From an uncultured Ectothiorhodospiraceae bacterium (lineage in GTDB: Bacteria > Pseudomonadota > Gammaproteobacteria > CAYFWJ01): DNA of 58,929 bases. The stretch is taken from the NCBI GenBank assembly GCA_964346755.1, contig CAYFWJ010000004.1, positions 1-58,929 of the forward strand. The letters are read 5' to 3'. Under the pieces are notes generated by a model. That model was given only the letters and a program-made list of their open reading frames with translations. It did no database searches and was not told the origin of the DNA. Made by a program: the position numbers and the translations under genes. Below are positions 21,355-30,531 of the stretch, piece by piece; within the stretch, counting starts at the first letter, position 1; each line of letters starts with the position of its first letter.

Positions 21355-22401
21355 ATGACATCGAGCACGTTGGGTTGGCGTATCGCGAGTCTCATCGCGA
21401 GCCTTTTGCTGTTGGCTTGTAGCGGTACGCCGGAACCGATTCCGGAACCGATTCCGGATCCGCCTACTTGGTACCCGGAAGGGCGGAATGATACCGGGAC
21501 GTATTGGTACGGCGCTGGCTCCGGGTTTACGCCGGACAAGGCGCGCAAGGATGCCTTGTTGGATGTGGCGGAAAGAATTCGCGTGCGCGTCGAGGGCTCG
21601 GAGACGTTTCGGGATGTGTATACCAAGACAACGGAGCAAGGACGGCTGGTTGAGCAAGGGGGCCAGACGACGGCACGGCGGGAGATCCGGTCGGTCGTTG
21701 AAGGGATTCAGTTCGCGGCCTTCCAAGAGATCGATACCGCCAAGGCCGGGGGTGAGCACTATGCCCTGATTAAGGTGGACAAGGCCCGCACCCGCGAACA
21801 ACAGCGGGCGGCGTTTCGACAGCTCGACAGCGAACTCAAGAACGACTTTCAACGGCTGCAGGAGGCTGACAGCCTGGTCGAGCGCCTCAAGCAAGCGGAT
21901 CAAGTTGAGCAAAAACTGGAGAAGGCGCGTTTGGTCGTGCTGGTGCTGGATGCGCTCGATCCTGCAACCAACGCCGGTGAGATCCTGTCGGGCTACACTC
22001 GGATAACCGATGCGATCGAACGGACCCGCACGCGGATTCGATTCTATGTCACGGGCGATGAGTCGAGTCGCTTCCTGGTGGAGAAACTCCGTGAACAACT
22101 CAATCAGACGGGTTTTCAGATCGCGGATCGACGCTCCGGGGGAGGCTCGAATCTCGCCATCGTTGATGTCCAAAGTGACGTGCGCTCCGATGAACACTTC
22201 GGGGCCCAAGTGATCCGCCTGGATGCCACCCTTTATCTGCGCGCCCCGGATGGGGGTGTCTTGTCGAGCCATCAGATGCGGGTTTCCGGGAGCTCGAATA
22301 TCAGTCGGGAAGATGCGTTGCGTGGCGCCGCGGCGGATTTCGAGAAGCGGCTCGCCGAACAAGGCGTATTGGCCTCTCTGGGATTGGAGTCGTCCCGGTA
22401 G
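21355..22401 (+). CDS. lipoprotein with LPP20-like N-terminal domain, coiled coil and an alpha/beta C-terminal domain
   Basis: Lipobox LLLACS and a PEPIPEPIPDP linker. YWYGAGSGFTPDKARKDALLDVAERIRVRVEG... resembles the LPP20/FlgP-type fold. The function is unknown. Confidence 0.7.
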   Translation: MTSSTLGWRIASLIASLLLLACSGTPEPIPEPIPDPPTWYPEGRNDTGTYWYGAGSGFTPDKARKDALLDVAERIRVRVEGSETFRDVYTKTTEQGRLVEQGGQTTARREIRSVVEGIQFAAFQEIDTAKAGGEHYALIKVDKARTREQQRAAFRQLDSELKNDFQRLQEADSLVERLKQADQVEQKLEKARLVVLVLDALDPATNAGEILSGYTRITDAIERTRTRIRFYVTGDESSRFLVEKLREQLNQTGFQIADRRSGGGSNLAIVDVQSDVRSDEHFGAQVIRLDATLYLRAPDGGVLSSHQMRVSGSSNISREDALRGAAADFEKRLAEQGVLASLGLESSR

Positions 22402-22470
22402 GGTTGTGCGACTTCAAAAAAGCCGGCGATTTACGCTGCCCCTCAAGCGTCGTGTCAGGAGAACAACGAG

Positions 22471-23529
22471 ATGCTATTGAAGATGCTCTACCGGACGGCC
22501 GCTTTGTTGATGGTTACGGGCGTCTGTCTCTCGATCGTCGCATGCGCCCCCTCAACCCAGATCGCCAAGGAGCTCCCCGAATACCAACGGGTCAATCTGG
22601 ACCGCTCCCCGCATGCACCGGAGCGCGATACCATCCTCGCTGCGCAGCGAGTCGAAACGACAGCGGTCGTCAACGCGTTCGAACTCCCTTCCCAACAGCC
22701 GGCTAAGCGCCGTGCGGAAGCGGCCAATCTGGGCCAGGCCCTGGTGACGGAGCTCGAAAAAGCGCTTCGCAAGGCCAATGTCAAGCTGATCGATCGGGCG
22801 GTGGCGAAGGCCTTCATCGACGAGGTCGAGCTTGCCGAGACCCGAGGCGAGGCGGGGAGCTTCGAGGGCCCGAAGCCCGCGGATTTTGCCCTCTTGGGCC
22901 GGGTGACCGGCGTCGATGTCGGGAGCAGCTTTACCCAGGCGCGGCAGTATGAGGACGACGAGGGCAACACGATTCGAGTGCCTCCGAAATGCACCTATTC
23001 GGCGACCGTGGTCGGCTCCGTCAAGGTCTATCGGATACCCGAGACCTCGCCCGTGAAGGTCGTGACCTTCCTAGGTGACCGCTCCACGACGGAGGAGACC
23101 CCGCGCTGCCGGGCCAATCCGGATTACTCTGGCCTGGTGCGGCCGGCGGGTGCCGAGGGCATTCGGCGCGTTCGGTCCGATTACCAAAGTGTCTTTGCCA
23201 GCCGTGGCTATGTCGTCGAGCGTCGGGTATCCGAGAATGGCAAGAAGAATATCTTTCGGATTACGATGGGGCGTCGCCAGGGGTTGGATCAGGGGGACCG
23301 CGTCGCGATCTACACCGTCGACAGCAACGTGGATCCGCTCACGGAGCAGCGAACGCAATCACGGCGCTTGATCGCCGAAGGCAAAGTCACGGATATCGTT
23401 GATCCCGTCTATGCCTGGATCCTGGTATCCAACGAGGAGTCAGCCAATCGCGTGCGCATGGGGGATGAGGTCAAGACGCAGTTCAAAGGTCCCGGGTTTT
23501 TTGAGAGTATGATCCAGGAGCTGAATTGA
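22471..23529 (+). CDS. lipoprotein with CsgG/LpoB-like N-terminal domain, function unknown
   Basis: AGGAGA RBS, signal peptide and lipobox LSIVAC. ...VKLIDRAVAKAFIDEVELAE...ADFALLGRVTGVDVG resembles the CsgG/LpoB-type alpha/beta module. The C-terminal beta-rich part is (GDRVAIYTV...GKVTDIV...MGDEVK). Confidence 0.7.
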   Translation: MLLKMLYRTAALLMVTGVCLSIVACAPSTQIAKELPEYQRVNLDRSPHAPERDTILAAQRVETTAVVNAFELPSQQPAKRRAEAANLGQALVTELEKALRKANVKLIDRAVAKAFIDEVELAETRGEAGSFEGPKPADFALLGRVTGVDVGSSFTQARQYEDDEGNTIRVPPKCTYSATVVGSVKVYRIPETSPVKVVTFLGDRSTTEETPRCRANPDYSGLVRPAGAEGIRRVRSDYQSVFASRGYVVERRVSENGKKNIFRITMGRRQGLDQGDRVAIYTVDSNVDPLTEQRTQSRRLIAEGKVTDIVDPVYAWILVSNEESANRVRMGDEVKTQFKGPGFFESMIQELN

Positions 23530-23623
23530 GGGATCGACTCGCCCCCCAGGCGGGACGTAGAGGCCATGGCAGCCCGTTTTGCCGGTGTGGCAGGCGGCCT
23601 TGATTATCCAACGGGGGTCACTC

Positions 23624-24574
23624 ATGATGGGATTTGATTCGACACGACGGGTTTTCCTTCGTCGAGCGGCGGCAGCCGCCGCGGCCCTGACCGTTGGTCT
23701 GCCCATCGCGGGCCGCTCGACGCGTTCGCGTCAACCGCTTCATACCCGGACGATCCCCGGGACCGACGAGTCGCTGCCGGTGATCGGCATGGGGACGTGG
23801 GTCACGTTCAATGTGGGAGAGGATCCGGATCTGCGCGCCCACCGGGTCAAGGTGCTGCAGACCTTCTTTGATGAAGGGGGTGCCGTTATCGATTCCTCAC
23901 CGATGTACGGGAGCTCCGAAGCCGTCCTCGGCCATTGCTTGGAGCGAACCCGGGGCGCTGAAGCCCTGTTTTCCGCAACCAAGGTCTGGACCTGGCGCCA
24001 AAGCGCTGGGGTGGATCAAATGGAGGAATCCCGGCAGCTCTGGGATGTGCCGCGGTTCGACGTGATGCAGGTGCACAATCTGCTGAGCTGGAAGGCCCAC
24101 TTGAAGACGTTGCAGGCGGACCAAGAGGCCGGCCGGGTTCCCTACATTGGGGTGACCACCTCCCACGGGCGGCGGCATGATGAGTTGGAGCGGATCATGC
24201 GCAAGGAACCGATCGACTTCGTCCAGTTCACGTACAATATCGTCGACCGCGAGGCGGAACAGCGCCTTCTGCCGCTGGCAGCGGATCGGGGCTTGGCCGT
24301 GCTCATCAATCGCCCGTTTCGCCATAAACAGCTCTTCCACCGGTTCGAACATCATCCCCTCCCCGCATGGGCCGATGCGATCGATTGTGCTAACTGGGCC
24401 CAGTTCTTTCTGAAGTTCATCGTTTCGCATCCCGCGGTGACCTGTGCGATCCCCGCGACGTCCCGCATCGATCACATGCGCGAGAACATGGGGGCGCTCC
24501 ATGGGCGTCTCCCCGATTCGGCGACGCGCCGCCGAATGGTCCGGTACATCGAGACCCTGTCATCGAGCGGCTAA
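23624..24574 (+). CDS. aldo/keto reductase with twin-arginine (Tat) signal peptide
   Basis: MMGFDSTRRVFLRRAAAAAAALTVGLPIAG matches the S/T-R-R-x-F-L-K Tat consensus. The AKR body is GMGTW...IDSSPMYG.SE...QVHN...PYIGVTTS... Confidence 0.88.
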   Translation: MMGFDSTRRVFLRRAAAAAAALTVGLPIAGRSTRSRQPLHTRTIPGTDESLPVIGMGTWVTFNVGEDPDLRAHRVKVLQTFFDEGGAVIDSSPMYGSSEAVLGHCLERTRGAEALFSATKVWTWRQSAGVDQMEESRQLWDVPRFDVMQVHNLLSWKAHLKTLQADQEAGRVPYIGVTTSHGRRHDELERIMRKEPIDFVQFTYNIVDREAEQRLLPLAADRGLAVLINRPFRHKQLFHRFEHHPLPAWADAIDCANWAQFFLKFIVSHPAVTCAIPATSRIDHMRENMGALHGRLPDSATRRRMVRYIETLSSSG

Positions 24575-24587
24575 AGGGGCCGTCGCT

Positions 24588-25241
24588 GTGTTACCGTACT
24601 CCGTCGATGTGTACTTCGCCCTCATCGGGCGGTACTACACAACCTTCTGGTGGGTTGCCGTTGCGGCGGTCTTCACATTGGCGCTTGCCGCGGTGGTTGC
24701 GTGGCGCCGACCCCGAGGACATGGGCGCCTCGTCGGGGGCCTCTTGGTCTTCTGGTGGGCTTGGGTCGGGGTCATGTTCTTCGCCATCGAGTTCGCGCGG
24801 TTGAATTTCGCGGCCCCGCTCTATGCCCTGCTCTTCGGACTTCAGGCCTTGTTGCTCCTCTGGAGCGGTGTGCTTCGGGATCGACTGGCGGGTCCTATGT
24901 CGGGGGACTTCCCCGGATTCGTCGAATGGTCGGGGTTGGGACTGGTCGTAGCCGGCGGATTGCTTTATCCGCTGGCCGACGGATGGGTCCGAGGGAGTTG
25001 GCCGGAGATGCGTTGGCCGGGGATGACGCCGACGTCGACCACGGTTGTCACCCTGGGGCTGTTCTTGATGCTCGGGGGCCGAGCCGCCCGTTATCTGGCG
25101 ATTGTGCCCCTGCTTTGGGCGATGGTCCTGGGCTACACCGCCTGGACCCTTGGCATGCCGCGCGAGGGGCTTGCCCTGGGGCTGATCGTTGGCGGGAGCG
25201 GGTTGTTCCTCATCCGGGCTCGTCGATCGCCTGGGGCTTGA
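24588..25241 (+). CDS. multi-pass membrane protein of unknown function
   Basis: Starts at GTG 24588, 14 nt after the AKR stop: VLPYSVDVYFALIGRYYTTFWWVAVAAV... with about 6 hydrophobic helices. The track ORF from 24444 overlaps the AKR 3' end. Confidence 0.7.
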   Translation: MLPYSVDVYFALIGRYYTTFWWVAVAAVFTLALAAVVAWRRPRGHGRLVGGLLVFWWAWVGVMFFAIEFARLNFAAPLYALLFGLQALLLLWSGVLRDRLAGPMSGDFPGFVEWSGLGLVVAGGLLYPLADGWVRGSWPEMRWPGMTPTSTTVVTLGLFLMLGGRAARYLAIVPLLWAMVLGYTAWTLGMPREGLALGLIVGGSGLFLIRARRSPGA

Positions 25242-25331
25242 TCCGTCAGTTGTCTCCGCGCGATACCGGAAGGGGCGGCGGTGGTCTTCAAGCGTAACTC
25301 GTTTCCCACAGTGATTGCCGGGAGGTCTTCC

Positions 25332-26129
25332 GTGAAGCAAGTCGTCGGTTGGTTCGTCGGGGTTATCTTGTTCGCCTCGACCAGTGTCCAAGCAGAGATC
25401 CGTGAAGAGACCGTGACGTACGACCACGCCGGTCAAACCCTGAATGGCTATCTCGTCTGGGACGACGCGGCGTCCGATGGGGCACGGCCTGGAGTCTTGG
25501 TCGCCCATGAGTGGTGGGGGCTGAACGACTATGCCCGCAAGCGTGCGCGGATGCTGGCCGAGCAGGGCTATGTTGCCTTCGCGCTGGATATGTACGGTGA
25601 GGACCGGGTGACGGGTCATCCGGATCAGGCGAGCGAGTGGATGAAGCAGATCACTAACAACGTGGATCGTTGGCAGGACCGCGCCCAACAAGGGCTCGAG
25701 GTCTTGCGTGAGCGGCCGGAAGTCGACCGGGAGCGGATTGCGGCCATTGGCTATTGCTTTGGGGGTGCCACAGTCCTGCAGCTTGCCTACACCGGCGCAC
25801 CCCTCGATGTGATCGCGAGCTTCCACGGCTCATTGCCGGTCCCCAGTCCTGAGCAAAGTCAAGCCATCGATGGCCATGTGTTCATCGCCCATGGTGCCGA
25901 TGATGGGTTTGTCCCGGAAGAGCGCGTCGATCGGTTCCGCAAGGCGCTCGATGCCGGCGAGGTCGATTGGTTCATGAGCATCTACGGGGGCGCGCGTCAC
26001 AGTTTTACGAATCCGGAGGCGGATGCCGTCGGCATGGACAACTTGGCCTATGACGAGGCGGCGGATCGTCGATCCTGGTCCACCCTGTTGGATGTCCTCG
26101 ACGAGGCCTTCGCGACGGCACCGAAGTGA
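25332..26129 (+). CDS. dienelactone hydrolase family protein, Sec signal peptide
   Basis: GGAGG lies 6 nt before GTG 25332. Signal peptide VKQVVGWFVGVILFASTSVQA. DLH pattern GVLVAHEWWGLNDY...GYCFGG (nucleophile elbow)...HGADD. Confidence 0.87.
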   Translation: MKQVVGWFVGVILFASTSVQAEIREETVTYDHAGQTLNGYLVWDDAASDGARPGVLVAHEWWGLNDYARKRARMLAEQGYVAFALDMYGEDRVTGHPDQASEWMKQITNNVDRWQDRAQQGLEVLRERPEVDRERIAAIGYCFGGATVLQLAYTGAPLDVIASFHGSLPVPSPEQSQAIDGHVFIAHGADDGFVPEERVDRFRKALDAGEVDWFMSIYGGARHSFTNPEADAVGMDNLAYDEAADRRSWSTLLDVLDEAFATAPK

Positions 26130-26456
26130 GGCATAAGCCCGCGCGTACCCAACCTCGCTGAGCCCCGCAGCCCCGACGTTTTCACGAGGTGCCCTGGGGA
26201 ATCGTGGCCGCGGTCATCGCCAGGCGGGGCCGGCTCTGATACCGTACGGACGACTCGGGATAACCACGGGCGAGCGGGTCCGCTGGAACGCATCCCGGCC
26301 TGCAGCCGGACACCGTTCAGGGAGCGTGCTAACGCCCATCGAACGGGATCGGTGGGTTGCCTCCGGGTGCAAGCGGTTCGTGTACACCGAAGCGCGGATC
26401 GCGATCGAGCCCACGGGATTCGCCACGATCTGCAACCACTCGACCGAATTGTATCC

Positions 26457-27122
26457 GTGTTTCAAATAGTCACCGCTGGCGGCCTATTGATGGTCCCGCT
26501 CTTGGCGTGTTCGATTGCGGCCCTCGCGATCGTCCTCGAACGCCTGTGGGCGTTACGTACCCCGCGTGTCCTGCCCGAGCACCTGATCCGGAGTGTCTGG
26601 CGTTATGCCGCCACGGGGGATCTTTCCAACGAGCGTATCTTTGCCATCCACAATGACTCGCCCCTTGGCCGGGTCCTGGCGGCGGCCCTACTGAATCGGC
26701 ACCAGCCCCGGGAGATCATGAAGGAGAGTATCGAGGAGGTGGGACGTCATGTCGTCCATGAGCTGGAGCGCTTCCTCACGACGCTTGGCACGATTGCAGC
26801 GATCTCGCCGTTGCTCGGCCTCCTCGGCACCGTCATCGGGATGATCGATGTGTTCGGTACCATCACCACCGCGGGGGTCGGCGATCCGAGCCGGCTCGCC
26901 GATGGGATATCGCAAGCCCTGATCACGACGGCCGCCGGTCTTGCCATCGCGATCCCGACCCTGATCTTCTACCGCTATTTTCGCAGCCATGTTCAAAGCC
27001 TCGTGGTTCGGATGGAGCAAGAGGCGTTGAAGATCGTGGAGGTGATCGACGGGACCCGAGAGGGGGGCTATGAAGGCGTCGATTTCGGCAGCCGCCTCGC
27101 TGACGTCCCCGGAGACGGTTAG
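26457..27122 (+). CDS. exbB: MotA/TolQ/ExbB proton-channel protein
   Basis: From GTG 26457 the N-terminus reads (M)FQIVTAGGLLMVPLLACSIAALAIVLERLW, the canonical ExbB/TolQ start. Also ...LGLLGTVIGMI..F. and ALITTAAGLAIAIP. Confidence 0.9.
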   Translation: MFQIVTAGGLLMVPLLACSIAALAIVLERLWALRTPRVLPEHLIRSVWRYAATGDLSNERIFAIHNDSPLGRVLAAALLNRHQPREIMKESIEEVGRHVVHELERFLTTLGTIAAISPLLGLLGTVIGMIDVFGTITTAGVGDPSRLADGISQALITTAAGLAIAIPTLIFYRYFRSHVQSLVVRMEQEALKIVEVIDGTREGGYEGVDFGSRLADVPGDG

Positions 27123-27128
27123 TCGACG

Positions 27129-27560
27129 ATGGATTTCCAAGGCCCGAGCAGCAGCGACGATGCCGATATCAATCTGACGCCGCTGATCGACGTCGTTTTC
27201 TTGTTGCTTATCTTCTTCATGGTGTCGACCACCTTTGAGCAATACAGCCAACTCGAGGTTGACCTTCCGGAATCGGGCCAAGCGCCCGACTCGACCGCTA
27301 ACCCACCGGAGCCCGTGCGGGTTGCGATCGATGCCAATGGTCGTTACCTCGTCGCGAATGAGACCCTTGCCTCATCCTCGGTCGCGGCCCTCGAGACGGC
27401 TTTGCAGGAACAGTTGGGTTCGGGGCGGCGTCGCCCCGTCCACATCTACGGGGATGCCAATGCACCCCATCAGGCCCTGGTGCGTGTCCTGGATGCGGCG
27501 GCCAACGTGCGGGTGAGCGACGTTCACATCGCGACGCGGCATCTGCAGGACGGACCATGA
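27129..27560 (+). CDS. exbD: ExbD/TolR biopolymer transport protein
   Basis: DADINLTPLIDVVFLLLIFFMVSTTF is a typical ExbD TM segment, 143 aa. Its stop overlaps the msbA start (ATGA). Confidence 0.9.
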   Translation: MDFQGPSSSDDADINLTPLIDVVFLLLIFFMVSTTFEQYSQLEVDLPESGQAPDSTANPPEPVRVAIDANGRYLVANETLASSSVAALETALQEQLGSGRRRPVHIYGDANAPHQALVRVLDAAANVRVSDVHIATRHLQDGP

Positions 27561-29332
27561 CGGAACGCGTCAGCGGCCTTCGGACCTATCAACGACTCCT
27601 GCGTTATGCCCGTCCCCATTGGCGGCGGCTCGCCCTGGCGGTCATCGGCATGCTGATCTATGCCGGGACCGATACCGGGTTTGCGATGTTGATGAAGGTG
27701 CTCCTGGACGAGAGCTTTCTCGACGAGCCGTCCCCTTGGGTCGCGTGGATTCCGGTTATCCTGCTCGTTGTTTTCGTGGCCCGCAGTTCAGCGGGTTTCT
27801 CCTCGACCTACCTGATGGCCTATGTCGGTCGTCGTATCGTTCAGACGATCCGGGATGAGTTGTTCGCGCAGCTTTTGCGCTTGCCCACCCGTTTATACGA
27901 TACGAGTGCGACGGGGCAACTGATCTCCAAGCTCACGTATAACGTTGAACAGGTCGCGCAAGCAGCGACCAAGGTGGTGACTGTCCTGATTCGGGATAGT
28001 TTTACCGTGCTCGGCTTGCTCGCTTGGATGTTCTACCTCAGTTGGCAACTGACCTTGCTCATGCTGGTCACGGCTCCGGCGCTGACGGTCATCGTTGCGT
28101 ATATCAGCAAGCGATTCCGGCATCTCAGTCACAATATTCAGGACTCGATCGGGGATTTTACCCATCTGATCGGCGAGGTGGCCGAGGGACATCGGATCGT
28201 CAAGCTGTTCGGGGGAGAGGAGTATGAACGGCGGCAGTTCGCTGAAGCGAATGAACATAATCGCCGGCTTCACATGCGGCGCACGGTCATCAACGCCGCG
28301 AGTTTCCCGATTATCGAATTCGTACTGGCGCTTGCACTTGCCGTGATCATTGCGTTGGTCACGCAGACCCAATTCCTCGAAGGGCTGACAGTGGGTGGAT
28401 TCGTCTCGTTCGTGACGGCCATGATGATCTTGTTCGATCCCCTGAAACGGCTGACGACGATCAATGCCGAGCTACAGAAAGGGATCGCTGCAGGTCAGAG
28501 CGTGTTCGAGTTATTGGATCAGGCACCGGAGCCGGATCGCGGGACCCGGGGCCTCGGTCGAGCCTCGGGGCGGGTCACTTATGAGAACATCCGATTCGCG
28601 TACAGCCTTGACAGCGGCTGGGTCCTCGAAGATGTCAATCTGTCCGTTGAACCCGGCGAATTGGTTGCCCTGGTGGGTCGATCCGGGAGTGGGAAGTCGA
28701 CGTTCGTGAACCTGCTGCCTCGTTTCTACGATCCGATTGAGGGACGCATTACACTCGATGGGCTGGACATCCGGGCGCTCCCGCTCGCCGAGCTCCGTCG
28801 TCAGATCGGATACGTGGGTCAGGAGGTGACGCTTTTCAATGACACGATCGCTCGCAATATCGCCTACGGACAGTTGCAGCGAACGGATCCGGCGCAGCTC
28901 CGAGAGGCCGCCGAGGCAGCCTACGCCATGGAATTCATTGAGCGGTTGCCGAACGGTTTCGACACGCGTGTCGGGCAACATGGGATCCTGCTCTCCGGTG
29001 GTCAGCGCCAGCGCCTCGGCATTGCCCGCGCGTTACTCAAAGACGCCCCGCTGCTGATCCTCGATGAGGCAACTTCGGCACTGGATACCGAATCCGAGGC
29101 CTATGTGCAGTCGGCCTTGGAGCGATTGATGGCGGATCGGACGACGTTCGTCATTGCGCACCGATTATCCACGGTCCAGCGAGCGGATCGTATCCTCGTG
29201 TTGAACCAAGGGCGTATCGTCGAGACGGGGTCTCATCGCGAGTTGCTCGAACAGGGGGGGTACTATGCGACGCTGTACCAAATGCAATTCCGCAACCCAG
29301 CGGCTCGCGACCCGATCGTGGAGGCAACGTAA
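27557..29332 (+). CDS. msbA: lipid A export ABC transporter MsbA (permease/ATPase fusion)
   Basis: Six-TM ABC exporter domain, Walker A GRSGSGKST, signature LSGGQRQR, Walker B LLILDEATSALD. Lies next to lpxK. Confidence 0.92.
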   Translation: MTERVSGLRTYQRLLRYARPHWRRLALAVIGMLIYAGTDTGFAMLMKVLLDESFLDEPSPWVAWIPVILLVVFVARSSAGFSSTYLMAYVGRRIVQTIRDELFAQLLRLPTRLYDTSATGQLISKLTYNVEQVAQAATKVVTVLIRDSFTVLGLLAWMFYLSWQLTLLMLVTAPALTVIVAYISKRFRHLSHNIQDSIGDFTHLIGEVAEGHRIVKLFGGEEYERRQFAEANEHNRRLHMRRTVINAASFPIIEFVLALALAVIIALVTQTQFLEGLTVGGFVSFVTAMMILFDPLKRLTTINAELQKGIAAGQSVFELLDQAPEPDRGTRGLGRASGRVTYENIRFAYSLDSGWVLEDVNLSVEPGELVALVGRSGSGKSTFVNLLPRFYDPIEGRITLDGLDIRALPLAELRRQIGYVGQEVTLFNDTIARNIAYGQLQRTDPAQLREAAEAAYAMEFIERLPNGFDTRVGQHGILLSGGQRQRLGIARALLKDAPLLILDEATSALDTESEAYVQSALERLMADRTTFVIAHRLSTVQRADRILVLNQGRIVETGSHRELLEQGGYYATLYQMQFRNPAARDPIVEAT

Positions 29333-30531
29333 TGGGGGAGGCTGAGGTGTCGGGCGGCTATGGGGCGAAGCTCGTTCCATTGTTGCTCGCGAGTTGGAAA
29401 GACCGTCTCGGCGGCCGTTCCGCGCGCGCCAATGCCAGATGGGGTTGGATTCGACGTCCGGCGGGTGAGGGCCGCAAGGTCATTTGGTTCCGGGCGGGCG
29501 GGGATCCCGATTCGGTCCGCCTTGGGGTCGAGTTGCTCGGGGCCGTGCGTCAGAAACGCCTCGATGCGCGGCTTGCGCTGACCTTTGAATGGGATTATCC
29601 CGAGATCCTCGAGGAGCGGGTGCGAGGGATGCGTCAGATCGGTCTTGGTTATGGGCCCGCGGATCGACCCGCGGTGGTGCGACGGGTACTCAAGCGACTG
29701 GATCCAGCCGGGGTCGTCGTCGTTGGAACGTCGATTCCGCCTCATCTGCTCCAGGGTCTTCGGGAACGAGGGATCCCGATGATTGCTTTCAACACACCGC
29801 CCGATTCCGATCCCTGGGGAATCGAGGCCGTCTTTCCGACGACCCCGAGCGAGCGTGAGCGCTGGAAGGCCACCGGATTTGCCGGCGGGTTGGGCTTCGC
29901 GGCCGATCCGATGGCCTTGTTCGCCCTGAGTCAATCCGATACAACCCTCGTCGCCCTGGTGAGTCAAAATAGCGAAGAGACACTTAGCGTGTGGTGGTGG
30001 CACGGGTGTGATCCCGCGCGCGCCCAGGCGTTTGCCGAGGCCTGGAGTCAATCCTCAGCGGCTCAAGCCGGGGTTTTGTTTGTCAGCTTCGCGCAAGGCG
30101 GGCGCGCGCCGAGTCCCGGACGGCGGTGGCGCGGGGGCCTCCAAGCCATCAGTCAATGGCGACGCTCGGCCTTACCCCCAGGGACGGTCATGTTCGCCGA
30201 TGATCACCACTGGCTCGCGGCGATCGCGAGTGCGGCGTCGGGTATCCATGTGGACTGCCGCGATCGCGTGGCCTTCTGGCAGGCGATGGCGGGGGGATCC
30301 CCCCTCAGCCTCAGCCCCGATGCGGCCGACGAACGAATGCAGGGTGGTGATACGGCACCGGATGTGCGTGCTGGGTCCCCCACGGAGATCCTGGAGCACT
30401 GGACGGCATGGCAGATGGATCCCCTGTCAGCCCGTCAGCGTGGCGATGCGTGGCGGCGTCGCTTCTGGGATGAGCGGCGAGGCGTGCAACGGAGCGTGGA
30501 CGACTTCGTGAATCGGGTTTATGAGTGGTAG
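29332..30531 (+). CDS. WaaA (Kdo transferase)-like protein with degenerate catalytic motifs
   Basis: Start overlaps the msbA stop (TAATG) and the 3' end overlaps lpxK by 11 nt. By eye it is collinear with WaaA: RWGWIRRP..GRKVIWFRAGGDPDSVRLGVELLGAVRQ.. compared with RWGERYG..GIMLHSVSVGETLAAIPLVRALR. The SVGE, ETELWP and GGHNPLE positions read GGDP, GTSIPP and DRVAFWQ. Confidence 0.6.
   Translation: MGEAEVSGGYGAKLVPLLLASWKDRLGGRSARANARWGWIRRPAGEGRKVIWFRAGGDPDSVRLGVELLGAVRQKRLDARLALTFEWDYPEILEERVRGMRQIGLGYGPADRPAVVRRVLKRLDPAGVVVVGTSIPPHLLQGLRERGIPMIAFNTPPDSDPWGIEAVFPTTPSERERWKATGFAGGLGFAADPMALFALSQSDTTLVALVSQNSEETLSVWWWHGCDPARAQAFAEAWSQSSAAQAGVLFVSFAQGGRAPSPGRRWRGGLQAISQWRRSALPPGTVMFADDHHWLAAIASAASGIHVDCRDRVAFWQAMAGGSPLSLSPDAADERMQGGDTAPDVRAGSPTEILEHWTAWQMDPLSARQRGDAWRRRFWDERRGVQRSVDDFVNRVYEW

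Noticed and set aside
26130-26456. The 327-bp region upstream of exbB, examined for a cobalamin riboswitch or Fur box.
   Set aside because: No B12-box (GCCACTG context), no AGGGAA/GGTG core, and no AT-rich Fur palindrome are recognisable. It is probably an ordinary promoter region.
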